Source of the DNA: Octopus vulgaris
Lineage: Eukaryota
DNA: 64,000 nucleotides
Assembly: GCA_951406725.2 (NCBI GenBank)
Contig: OX597819.1
Coordinates: 46,252,001 to 46,316,000, forward strand
Reading direction: 5' to 3'
A program made the translations under genes and the position numbers. Positions within the stretch are counted from its first letter, which is position 1. The number at the start of each line of letters is the position of its first letter. Below the pieces are notes generated by a model. It was not told the DNA's origin, searched no databases, and saw only the letters and a list, made by a program, of their open reading frames with translations. Positions 16,574 through 28,800 of this stretch are shown piece by piece.

Positions 16574-16745
16574 GCATTTTCGGATAGCTCATCTTTCTTT
16601 TGCCAATAAACACACGCACTATATATTTTAATTCACTCGTTTATTACTGTTCTTATTTTATTAATTAAAGTCGTGTCCATTGTCCGGAAATCTTTAGTCA
16701 CGCATCTGTGACCTCTTAAGCGACACTTTTCGTTTTCGTGTGTGT
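16570..16745 (-). mobile_element. Penelope-like pLTR fragment with degenerate hammerhead
   Basis: Shares gccaat..aaacacacgcact with 12420-12440. Minus strand reads cttaagag-gtcac-agatgc-gtgac-taaag. Abuts (TA)n. Confidence 0.5.
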
Positions 16746-16971
16746 TCTTGCTCCACTTACTCCATTTTTTTTGTTTATTTTTATTTTTGTTGTGTATCTT
16801 TATGTGCGCAAGCGTTTGTGTCCTTGGTTGTCTGTATATGTGTGCGTGTATGTGTGTGTGTGTATGCTTGTGTGTGTGTGTCATAGATTTTAGCAGCAGG
16901 GTGGCCTTCCTCTCAGATCCATCGTCTCACCCCGTTGTGCTGCTGCTGTCCTAAGACCCGAAAAGAAAAAA

Positions 16972-17117
16972 TGTCTGATGTTAAATAAGTGATAGTGGAA
17001 TCAGTAAAGCCAAATAGTCGGTGCCGAAAGGGCTACGTCAAAATATCTCATTTCTATGCTTTTAAATGCTCAAGTACTTGCGAGCAGGAACAAATATCCA
17101 GTCTGTCCGCCCATCGT

Positions 17118-17119
<2 letters not shown>
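16972..17119 (+). repeat. Interspersed repeat, inverted partner of 18275-18446
   Basis: tgttaaataagtgatagtggaatcagtaaagccaaatagtcggtgccg...cccatcgttg aligns to the reverse complement of 18298-18446. Confidence 0.85.
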
Positions 17120-17216
<97 letters not shown>

Positions 17217-18274
17217 GTGTTTAATACTGAATATATATCATTGTTTAGCTCCAGGTTAATCTTGATTGAATTGATGATGGAACATGTCCTTGTATGTTCA
17301 ATTAGGATTGCCCCGTTTTCAGTCATGCCATCCTTATTTTTAGCCATAGTCTGTTTAGCGCTATACTATCCAATTTATGCTTTTTACTAAGATACTAAGG
17401 AGAAATTTGAGGTAGAGTCGGCTGCTGTTTCCTGAAGGTCCCACTACTGCGCAGTAGTCTTCTACTCAGTGCGATATCGAATATGCTGTAAAACGGGGGC
17501 GGCTGAATTCTAGACTCAATAAAATGACGGAGAAAATGATTTGCGTCTTTTTACTCTCCGAGTTCGAATCCCGACGGGTTTGGCCTTGCCTTTTAATTTT
17601 TCCGATGTCAATGAAAATAAGTTGTAATCGTCGCACTTAATCGACTGTTTTCTTTTGCATATTTTATGACCTTTTGGCAATGCTTGAAATATAAGTATTA
17701 AATATTTAGTGAAATGATTTAATATCGATTTCATTCTATTTATCGTTGACTAACATATATTGTGTACATTTCGCCGTAATTTGGAGACGTTGTTCAAAGA
17801 CGTACGTAAATAAAAGAGAACTGAAAAAAAACCGCTTCTAAATGTTTGGGATATGGATTTTTAATTATAAACTGCTCAATAAATATCTCAAAATATAAAT
17901 CAAAGAAGTTAATTCCGTGTTTATCATTTTTTTCCTTTAAGATGTCAACAATAAATACGGTTCAAATATTATGAAGAACAAAGAAAATATCATCTTTCAT
18001 TTATATTTTCTACAAAAATAAGTGCACGGGAAATATGAAACATCAAAAATAAAATAAAAAAAGTATTTTTAAACTGTGTGCTTTTCCAATGTTATTCATG
18101 TTGTTATGTATAATGCTATTCCAAGAGGTTATTCCAGTTACCAATGACTGAGTCGTTAGAAGAGAGTTGAACAGAAAGCGCTGCGATATTTGTTCTGCTG
18201 TTCTGAGTAGAAATCTCGCCGACGTTGAGTCTGTCTTTCATTTTCTTTTTGGCTTCGATAAAGTATCCGGTACA

Positions 18275-18446
18275 GCGCTACTGCAACCTCCTCGTGGCCA
18301 ACGATGGGAGGTCAGACTGCATGTTCGTGTCTGCTCGCGACGACTTGGGCATTTAAAAGCAAAGGAATGAGATACTTTGGTGTACCCGTTCCGGCACTGA
18401 CTATTTGGCGTTACTGATTCTACGATCACTTATTTAACATTAGACG
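18275..18446 (-). repeat. Interspersed repeat, inverted partner of 16972-17119
   Basis: The ORF track shows the homology (MIVESVKPNSRCRKGY vs MIVESVTPNSQCRNGY). Confidence 0.85.
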
Positions 18447-18685
18447 TTTTAATTTTTTTCTTTTTCCATCTCCATCTTTCTCTTTCGTTCTCCCTCCCAA
18501 CCTCTGGTTTTCTCTCTATCTCTATTTCTATCTCTTTCTCTCTCTTTCTCTGTTTATAAGGTTGAGCCGATTTCTCTGTTGGCATGAGGAGAATATGACA
18601 ATCATGTTCAATACATAAATTGTCATGACTATCTCTTTCCATTCTCGCTCACTCTCTCTGTCTGTATGTCTATATTTCTTATCTC

Positions 18686-19090
18686 TTTACTGCCCACAAG
18701 GGGCTAAACATAGAGGAGACAAACAAGGACAGACAAACGGATTAAGTCGATTATATCGACCCCAGGGCGTAACTGGTACTTAATTTATCGACACCTAAAA
18801 GATGAAAGGCAAAGCCGACCGGAATTTGAACTCGGAACGTAACAGCAGACGAAATACCTATTACTTTACTATCCACAAGGGGCTAAACACAGAGAGAACA
18901 AACAAGGACAGACAAACGGGTTAAGTCGATTATATCGACCCCAGTACGTAACTGGTACTAATTTAATCGACCCCGAAAGAGTGAAAAGCAAAGTCGATCT
19001 CCGCGTAATTTGAACTCAGAACGTAACGGCAGACGAAATACGGCTACGCATTTCGCCCGGCGTGCGAACTTTTCTGCCAGCTCACCGCCG
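18686..19090 (-). mobile_element. SINE family A head-to-tail dimer
   Basis: Two copies of tail plus core, junction gaaatacctattactttact at ~18851-18870. Confidence 0.9.
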
Positions 19091-19754
19091 CATCTCTATA
19101 TTTCTACGCGCGTATACGTGAATGTTTGCGTGTGCTTACCTCCAGTGCCAAAAACTACTTTCACCAAAACAGATTTAATATATAATCAGCTGTGCCAAAT
19201 CACCAGCGACTAAACATCCGCGCCCAATCGCCTCATTCTATCGGGACAATTATCAAAAGTATAGTACATGCTCATACAGTGTTATCCGTAACAGCGTAGT
19301 TCCCGTTATAAGTTCTAGATTTCTGCTGTCATTATTTAGCCAATTATAAGTTGTTGTTCGCAATCTTTCAGTCAGAAGAGAAGAGCACAGGACTTGCTAC
19401 AATGCCTCCGCAATTAGTGTGACGGAAAGACGAAGGCATACTCAAACCGGGAAACTAGGCTGAATACTTGCAACAGATGTAGCTTGAAAATATGACAGTT
19501 ATTGTAAGATGTCGCATATGGAAATGTTGTTAAGGTTCTTAAACATTTTTTTTTTCTGACATCATAAATGAGATTCTAAAAAGCTGTGGAAATTACTTTT
19601 GAAAAATATTTGATTACAGATTTGTTTGTTTAGGGTTGACATAAAGCTAAGCAGATTCACCATCAGTGCAAGATAACAAATATTTGAATTATTCGTACTT
19701 TTAAGGCAAGAAATAATTTAATAGAATAATTTTCTTGACGAGCTCCATATATTA

Positions 19755-20060
19755 TGTGGAGACACATGGCCTAGTCTTGAGAGCAGCGAACTCGCGGTCG
19801 AGGGATCGCAGGTTCGAATCTCAGACCGGGCGATGTATCTGTTTATGAGAGAAACACCTAAGCTCCACCCGGCTCCGGCACAAGGTAACGGCGAACTTCT
19901 GCTGACTCTTTCGCCAGAACTTCCTTTCACTCTTTCCTCCTGCATCTTGCAGCTCTCCTGCGACGGACCGGCGTCCCGTCCACGTGGGGAACCTATACTC
20001 CAAGAAAACCGGGAAACCGGCTCTGTGAGCCAGGCGTGACTCGAGAAGGAACAAACATCA
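19755..20060 (+). mobile_element. SINE family C, full length, tRNA-derived head
   Basis: A-box tggcctagt, B-box ggttcgaatc, tail gaaaccgggaaaccggctctgtgagcc; same head at 26352. Confidence 0.85.
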
Positions 20061-20470
20061 AACACATATTATACTGTATAAAAAATATGTACCAGCAAGA
20101 ACTCGATTCAAGGGCATTGTTAGCCTCAATGAGAATAATAATTCACAGACGCCATCTGTGTAGAAAAGGACAGTTAAGTTAGTGTTAGTTTTTCTAATGC
20201 AGTAATCATAAAAGATATCTACTTAGAATTGCAAATATGTTAAGAAAGCCTCCGAATTTAGCTGAAATTCTAATATCGTTTATCAAGTGGTTATGGTTTT
20301 ATGAGAATTACGTCCCCTTATATATTTATTCCTTATGTTTTCACCATCACACTCACACGCGCATACATATTTCTCACTGTCTTTCTCTCTCTCTCTCTCT
20401 CTCTTTTCATATATATATATACACGCATGTATATGTATACATATAATTATATATGTGTGTGCGTGTGTGT

Positions 20471-20526
<56 letters not shown>

Positions 20527-20546
20527 TAGATGGATAGATAGATAGA

Positions 20547-20625
20547 TATTCCTGAGCGTTACACTAATACATCTGTTTGTTTTGTACACTACCTGTCTTC
20601 GTCTTTTGTTTTTTTCGTAAACTCT

Positions 20626-20630
<5 letters not shown>
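20547..20630 (+). mobile_element. 3' fragment of the hammerhead-bearing repeat at 63870-64000
   Basis: ttcctgagcgttacactaatacat...tcttcgtcttttgtttt matches ~63927-63990. Confidence 0.75.
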
Positions 20631-20677
<47 letters not shown>

Positions 20678-20714
20678 ATGCATACATACATACATACATA
20701 CATACATACATACA

Positions 20715-20745
<31 letters not shown>

Positions 20746-21855
20746 GCATTTATGTATGTAAACCATTGGCTTCTTGACGGTTCCCGTTTACCAAATTCCG
20801 TTCATAAAGCATCTGTGACTATAAAATGAATGTAGACTAATGAACTTGCCTTAAATCGAACTCAGAACCGCATTGTTGTAAAGTGTGCTTATCAGCCGGT
20901 GCGTATATAAGCCGGTGCGTATATAATGAAAACTAAAGATTTATTCTGACAACATATTCGCCTTTACATTGAAGGGATTTGGAGAGTCATTTGATTCTGC
21001 CCTATTATATAACTGGTATCCATTCTGAGGCCAATTAATTGCTGACTATTCGCGAATGAAAAATGTCATAGAATTCAAAAACATGGACAGACAAAACTAC
21101 GTAAAAGGCAGAAGTATTTAATCTGAAGCTGTTATCCAGCTCTCACCAGCTTGTACCAGGGCTCCATCACCTAATATATTATTGAATAAACATGCAACCC
21201 AAACTAGCTTCTGTCACTTTTTTTTTTTTGTGTGTATATACAACACACCAGAAAATATCTTATAAACACAACTAAACAAGAAGCAAAAAAAAACAAGAGA
21301 ATTACATATTCACCTAATTTGTTTTGGTTTGATATTTCTAAGTGTATTTATCTATTTTATTTATATATTCTTTGACACAATTTAAGCTTAATAGCTGCAG
21401 GTTAGGTTTTTGGAGGTTTTGTTTTTTATTTGTTTATTTGGTGTTGTTGTTTTGTTTTTTTTTTTCGCTCCTTAGACATTCTATGAAATACACGAAAATA
21501 TAATATAAAAACAAAGAGAGCCTGCCTGGAAGTATTGATCCATATTTCACGCAAGGGATCAAATATTTCTCTTACTTGCATTTATTTCCGCAAAAGAAGA
21601 AGAAATACAAACAGAGGTTTTCGTTCCTTTTTCTCCTAGTTCACTATTTACGCGGAATTTGTTTTATACGTCTCCACCACCCGCACCCACCCCTCCATTT
21701 TTATTTCTATGTTTATTATATTTATTTTTACATACTTGCATTAATTGTATTTCCTTATATAAATAAATATGTGTGAGTCAGTATGTGCAAGTGTGTGTAT
21801 GTGTGTGTGCGTGTGTGGGTCTTAGTGTATTTCTTTATACGTGCGCGCGTGTGTG

Positions 21856-21895
<40 letters not shown>

Positions 21896-22114
21896 GTGTG
21901 TGTGTGTATGTATACAAACATACATATATAGACATAAATGCATACTTGTATTCATAGACATATACGTACGTTATATTTATGCATATATACTCACATGCAT
22001 GCGCACACACATCCATATATATATATACACACACACATATATTTATAAATATATATACTCATATATACATACAAACTTATATATATATGCATATATATGT
22101 ATATGTATATATAC

Positions 22115-22163
<49 letters not shown>

Positions 22164-22229
22164 CATACATATATAGTATGTAGTATATAGTATATGTGCA
22201 TATATATATATATATAGAGAAAGAGAGAT

Positions 22230-22281
<52 letters not shown>

Positions 22282-22284
22282 GGT

Positions 22285-22328
<44 letters not shown>

Positions 22329-23022
22329 ATATATATATATACGCACGCACTATTTTTCCCCTCTTCACTGTAAAATTTATTTTTCGTTTTTCTATCCGTT
22401 TCTATTTATTTATATAAGTTTTTATATATATACATTTTACTTAATTTTTCAGATTTTGTATGGTTGGAAATTATAGTGAAGCCATCTTAATGATATCGAA
22501 TCATCAGACAACATGCAGAGAATAGAAATAGAAATCAGAGAACCAAACAGTAAACGGAAAGAAACGAAACAAATTTATCCAACTACGATGCCCCAATCAA
22601 ACTATATTATTGCGTTTTTCCAATTTCCTGCTGGTTACGGTACCACAATAATATTGAACGAACAAAGTTAAATTTATACCCGTTATATATATGTGCCTAT
22701 CTGGGAAAATAACACAATGTGTATTTGTGTGAGTATGTATCTGTATATACATATATGATATATATGTATATATATATATATATATATGTGTGTATATATA
22801 TATAAAGAGAGAGAGAGAGACATATATATATATATATTTACATATATTACATTTATATCTGTTTATATATATTTGTGGGGCGTATGCTTATATGTATGTG
22901 TATATATAAACATATCTATGTATATGTACGGTTGTATGTATACATATGTAAATAATTTACGTTGCGTATCTGTATATCTGTGTATGCATGCATATGTGTG
23001 TGTGTGTGTGTGTGTGTGTATG

Positions 23023-23086
<64 letters not shown>

Positions 23087-23432
23087 TATCTATGTATGCA
23101 TATAACAGCGAACGCACGGACATGCGCACTCACGCCTTACAATGAATGTGTTTCTGACGGATAAAGCATATGGTAAATAAAAAGAAATAAGAAAAACTTA
23201 GGAAGAAACGGTGTGTACGATTCTAGACGCATGCGTCATCAAGACGATTTACATATCCTTGTTTCTTTTGCTGTACGTGATGATACTGAAAGCTGTACAT
23301 ATGTAACTGTCTTCCTATGCTTTAGGTAGGGTCATAAAAATATACATTTATCCACATGTCTGTTAACACATATTTCTGGGCAAGTAGATATATGCGTGTC
23401 TGTGTATGCATAAATCTGAATACATATTACAT

Positions 23433-23527
<95 letters not shown>

Positions 23528-23864
23528 CATATATGCACACACAAATCCATATTTATACATATTTACATATATATACATACATATGTATATAGACATATCG
23601 GTACACATATACACATACGTTAAATGCATATAATAACGATATCGTTGAGTAAAAGAATGATGCATATTGACAGTTAAAACCGGAATGCTCTCTTAAGGAC
23701 TATGAGTCTGTGTGTGTGTACTTACAAGGGTGGCCTGTGAGAGTGCATGAATGCATGCATTTATGCATGTATGCATGTAGGTATTTTACTGTATCAAAGC
23801 TTATTGTTGTGTGAACATTTTTATGAGATACTTAATATACGTATATCAAATAAAGTGGTGATGG

Positions 23865-23927
<63 letters not shown>

Positions 23928-24309
23928 ATATAAATTTGTATTTAAATTCATCTCGCAATTTCTCACTTGTATACACATGGGTTCTAGTTACGTTCCGTGG
24001 AAGTATTTCAGACATTGAAACAAAACTGATGATGCAATATGTGAAAGTATTCGAGTAATGCGTGATGGGTGATGTTAGACGATTTTTGAGACATGTCGGC
24101 AACTCAATATATTATCTGCTTTACTGATGACCAAAAATATCTCATTATGCCGTCAGTTGGATATTAGCTCTTTTATTCAGCATCACATCCACTCAGTCTT
24201 TTTTTGTTTTTTTATACACTGATAAATGAACGAAACTATGGTATTGTTATAGTTATATAATTTTCTATACAAATATACTTATAATAATTGTTTCTATTAT
24301 AAGCAGAAG

Positions 24310-24490
24310 ACCTGAAATTTAGAGAAAGGGCGCTAGTTGATTACATCGACCCCAGAGTTCAAATGGCACATATTTTATAGACTTTGAAAGGACGAAAGGT
24401 AAAGTCGACCATGGCGCAATTTCAACTTGGAAAGTATAGACGGACGAAACAGCCCTAAGCATTAACAATTCTGCCAGTTCACCGCCTTCA
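24310..24490 (-). mobile_element. SINE family A copy
   Basis: Reverse-complement core and head. Confidence 0.75.
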
Positions 24491-24618
24491 GATCTACATA
24501 AAATAACAGCATTCATATAATTCCAAATAACCATACACACAATCGATTCAAAAGAGCTGCTACAAATCTTCGCGAAATCTACCTCAAATCCTGCATTACT
24601 GCCTTACAATGTAAAGGA

Positions 24619-24733
24619 AGAATGGTTGTATACTGTCAATCAGGAGGCGTTCGATGCCTCCTAGGGCTATACAACGGTGGTGTACCCCCTACTGTCTAAC
24701 GTTCTTGTTAGATTGACAGTATACAACCATTCT
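24619..24733. repeat. 115-bp element with perfect 23-bp terminal inverted repeats (MITE-like)
   Basis: agaatggttgtatactgtcaatc (24619-24641) and gattgacagtatacaaccattct (24711-24733). Confidence 0.8.
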
Positions 24734-24942
24734 ATCGCCCCACCACCGTACATGTCTCTACGAGAGATTTAGAAATTCAATATTTCTTATAATGTAAAGG
24801 AAGTATTTGGGTAACGTATTTCCAGATAAGTCATTAAAGCTTATTTTATTATGGCCATGCTCGAAATGTTCTGGCCTGGGACTATAGAACAATTTCCCAC
24901 ACTGCACATATATATAAAGCAATTTAATATTTATTTCACAAT

Positions 24943-25340
24943 AAGGTGGCGAGCTGTCCGATTGGTAATCGTCTCGGTCAAAATGATTAGCGGCATTTCT
25001 TCCGGCTTTACGTTCTGAGTTCAAATGTTGCCGGGGTCGACTTTGCCTTTCATCATATCGTGAACGATAAAACAATTATTATTTGAGCACTGAGGTCGAT
25101 GTTATCGACTTAGCCCCTCCCCCGAAATTGCTGGCCTTGTGTCAAAATTTGAAACCAATATTTATTTCAAACTAAGGCGGTGAGTTGGCAGAATAGTTAC
25201 CACGCCGGACAAAATGCTTAGCGGCAATTCGTCCGTCTTCACGTTCTGATTTTAAATTCTGTCGAGGTGAACTTTTCTTTTCATCATTTCGGGTCGATAA
25301 AACGAGTACCAGTTTAGCCCTGCGATTGATGTAATCGATT
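24943..25340 (+). mobile_element. Two tandem SINE family A copies
   Basis: Heads aaggtggcgagctg (24943) and aaggcggtgagttggcagaat (25174), each followed by the family core. Confidence 0.88.
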
Positions 25341-25999
25341 TGTGTAAAAATTTGATCCCAATATTTATTTAACATAGATATCCTATAACACAGCCACAAA
25401 CACACACATATACTCATATAAACACTGAGGCCCAAACACTTATACATATGTATATCATAATGGCCACTCCATGACTCTGTAGTTTATATATCACATACAC
25501 ACCCCTAGATGAATATAGGGTAGTGTGATATGAAATATTTTGCCCGGTCCTGGAATTGAATCCACAATCTTACGATCATACCCTAAGTACTAGACCACAC
25601 ATTCACACACACATATACAAACATACATGCAGATAAAGCCAGATATATGGTTCCAATAAAATAATGGTCTGGAAGACTGTCTGACATTAACTGATTTAAC
25701 ACCCTCAACCAGAACACAGTTGTCAACTCTCAATGGATTTAATTCTAAATGGTTGTAGGCTACATGCTGCATAAAACCTTCTAAATATAAATAACTATCT
25801 CACCACTCCTATATCTTGACATCACTATTTTCGTCTGCTGCCCTAAATTATAGTAGGCTTCATAAGAATTGCATTTTTTTCTAAACTCATTCTGCTTCAA
25901 ACATAACATATGGAGACCATGTAATTATTTTGGTTGCTGGTATTTATATAAATTTGTTAAAACTAGTTTATCTTTTATGTTGGAAATCTATATGGTTAT

Positions 26000-26090
26000 C
26001 TACTTTTGAGGAGAGCGGTTTCTTTCAAAGTGATGGATGTAATGCTTTCATTGATCGATTAAATGGAGCCGCTCGAAACGGCTATAATGT
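26000..26090 (+). ncRNA. Degenerate hammerhead-like motif
   Basis: ttgagga, 10-bp stem II gagcggtttc/ggagccgctc, then gaaac. C3 is changed to U and stems I and III are unclear. Confidence 0.45.
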
Positions 26091-26242
26091 ATTGAAACCT
26101 GGACATCCTTGGTATTTATTTACATTCTCTTCACCTAAATTGGAGCCGTGCGGACTATACCGAACTGGCTTGGTGCCTCAATTTAAGTACCTGATTCAGG
26201 TGAATCTTAATTACATACATAAATACATACATACACACATAT

Positions 26243-26275
<33 letters not shown>

Positions 26276-26319
26276 TACATACATATATATATGTGTGTAT
26301 ATATATATACATACATATA

Positions 26320-26351
<32 letters not shown>

Positions 26352-26352
<1 letters not shown>

Positions 26353-26597
26353 GGGGGGCGCAATGGCCCAGTGGTTAGGGCAGCGGATTCGCGGTCGAAG
26401 GTCACGGTTTCGATTCCCAGACCGGGCGTTGTGAGTGTTTATTGAGCGAAAACACCTAATTCTCCACGAGGCGATCCCTGTTGTACTCTTTCGCCACAAC
26501 TTTCGCTCACTCTTATGTTGGCCTGCTCGCTTAGTCAGCGGGGTGGCGTCATTTGACCAGCGATGTGTAGCAAAAATAGTCTGGTCGATCACGTGAT

Positions 26598-26603
<6 letters not shown>
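26352..26603 (+). mobile_element. SINE family C-type head with variant tail
   Basis: tggcccagtggttagggcagcggattcgcggtcg...ggtttcgattcccagaccgggcg. Confidence 0.85.
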
Positions 26604-26642
<39 letters not shown>

Positions 26643-26669
26643 CACACACACACACATATATATATATCA

Positions 26670-26805
26670 CGGGCTTCTTTTTCAGTTTCCGTCTACCAAA
26701 TCCACTCACAAGGCTTTGGTCAGTCCAAGGCTATTGTAGAAGACACTTGCCCAAGGTGCCACGCAGTGGGACTGAACCCGGAACCACACAATTACTCCTG
26801 CGCCT
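26670..26805 (-). mobile_element. SINE family B head
   Basis: ttcagtttccgtctaccaaatccactcacaaggctttggtc...gtgggactgaacccgg. Confidence 0.9.
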
Positions 26806-27529
26806 ATATATATATATATATATGTATGCGTTTCTGTCTGTCTGTCTGTTTGTATGCATGTATGTATGTATGTATGTATATACGTATCAGTACCTACACG
26901 CACGCATATAATCATACATACATACATACACAATACACTATGTTTAAAGTTAATAATCTAGACCATTTTACAATTTTAAGATGTCAGGTGTGTGTGTGTA
27001 TGTTTACGCGCGTGCGCATCTGTGTGTGCGTGTGTGTGTGTGTGTATTCATATGACAGTCAAAAGAGTACAATCGCAAGAATAATTAGCGTTCTAAATAA
27101 CAGCGCGTAAACTTTCAGTTAAAAATACATAAACATAAAGTAAAACATTATGAATAGTTCTTCACTGGTGATGAATAAACTGACGTTAATTTTTTGGTTT
27201 CATTCTCAGAATAAATGGTTAATTACTATTTACAACATTTTCACGTACGGCAATTAGTACATTACTGTTAAATATATTTAAATCCATATTTAAATTTATG
27301 CAAATATATGCCATGAGCCCCGATGAGTTATTTCCTCTGATTAGTTTTATATTTTTTTTCTTATTATGCAAATTAAACTAGTCAAAAATTATTTGTAATT
27401 CCCTTTCTATATTCAAGAATTACTATCAACTGATCGACAGGATCATTAAAACTATAAATGCTGAAGACGTCTAATAGATCGAAACATGAACATACTTGGC
27501 CGTTGCCAGGAATCAAAATTGAATTGCCC

Positions 27530-27668
27530 TTTCCGTCTACCAAATCCACTCACAGGGATTTGGTCGGCCCAAGGTTATAGTAGGAGACATTTACCCAAGG
27601 TGCCACGCAGTGGGATTGAACCCGGAACCATGTGGTTGAGAATTGAGCTTCTTACCACACAGCCACAC
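27530..27668 (-). mobile_element. SINE family B head
   Basis: Same consensus as 26670. Confidence 0.9.
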
Positions 27669-27833
27669 ATATACATGCATACATATATAAATAAATAAAT
27701 ATATATATGTATATATATATATATATATATATTGATAAAACGGTAAGATAACAAAAGAAAGAAAGAGACCTCAATATTATGTAAATAGAGGAAATTTATC
27801 TATACAATATGTTACTACCGAGTAATGTAACAT

Positions 27834-27874
<41 letters not shown>

Positions 27875-28202
27875 ACAACCAAACTACCTGCTTCAATTAA
27901 CGGATAATTAAGTGAGTGTTTCAGAAATAATATATTCTCAGGCACAACAATCACCGTGACATAGCGCATTAAGGCTTCAACACAGTTTCCACCTATGCCA
28001 ATAATTTCGCTCAGAAAAGAATTATATGCTTCATAGGGAGATCGATTCCGGGATCTCGCAGTTACGAAGCGAACTTCTAAACCACTCCGTCACTCTGCTG
28101 TTCCTATATTTAAGTATGTTTGTATGTATGTATGTATGTATGTATGTATGTATGTATGTATGTATGTATTTGTGTGCGTATATATCTATATATGTATGTA
28201 TG

Positions 28203-28247
<45 letters not shown>

Positions 28248-28723
28248 GTAGGTGCACACATACTTACACATAATTACATGCATGCCTATATACACAAGGA
28301 GCAAAGGGAAATATGAGTAATAGAGAGAAATATAGGATGTTAATGTCGTCATTGCTGGTGTGAATACGCAATAGTATGAATATATTTATGATCAACTTTT
28401 GTATGTGCCACAGCAATAGCAATTTACTACGTACGTTTGTATTTAAACATCTGTAATATTAAATATTTCAAAGCGGGGGCAGATTTGAAACGACATGCCG
28501 CTGAGATCTGCGTGTTTACATTATATATGTATATGTATGTGTGCATGAATGTACGGATGTATGTATATTTATATATGCATATATATACATATATATATCT
28601 ATATGTACACACACACATGTATACGTGTCTGTGTGCATATACTTACGTACATAAATATGTGTCTGTGTGTATGTTGAAAGCGAGAGTGAGATACAGAGAG
28701 AAAGAATTTGAATGTTGTGTGCT

Positions 28724-28800
<77 letters not shown>

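Noticed and set aside
19755-19830. tRNA gene (also 26352 and 56645)
   Set aside because: A and B boxes run into SINE bodies; no complete cloverleaf.
27315-27405. Hammerhead-like ccgatgag followed by a stem
   Set aside because: No correctly placed GAAA or cleavage triplet.
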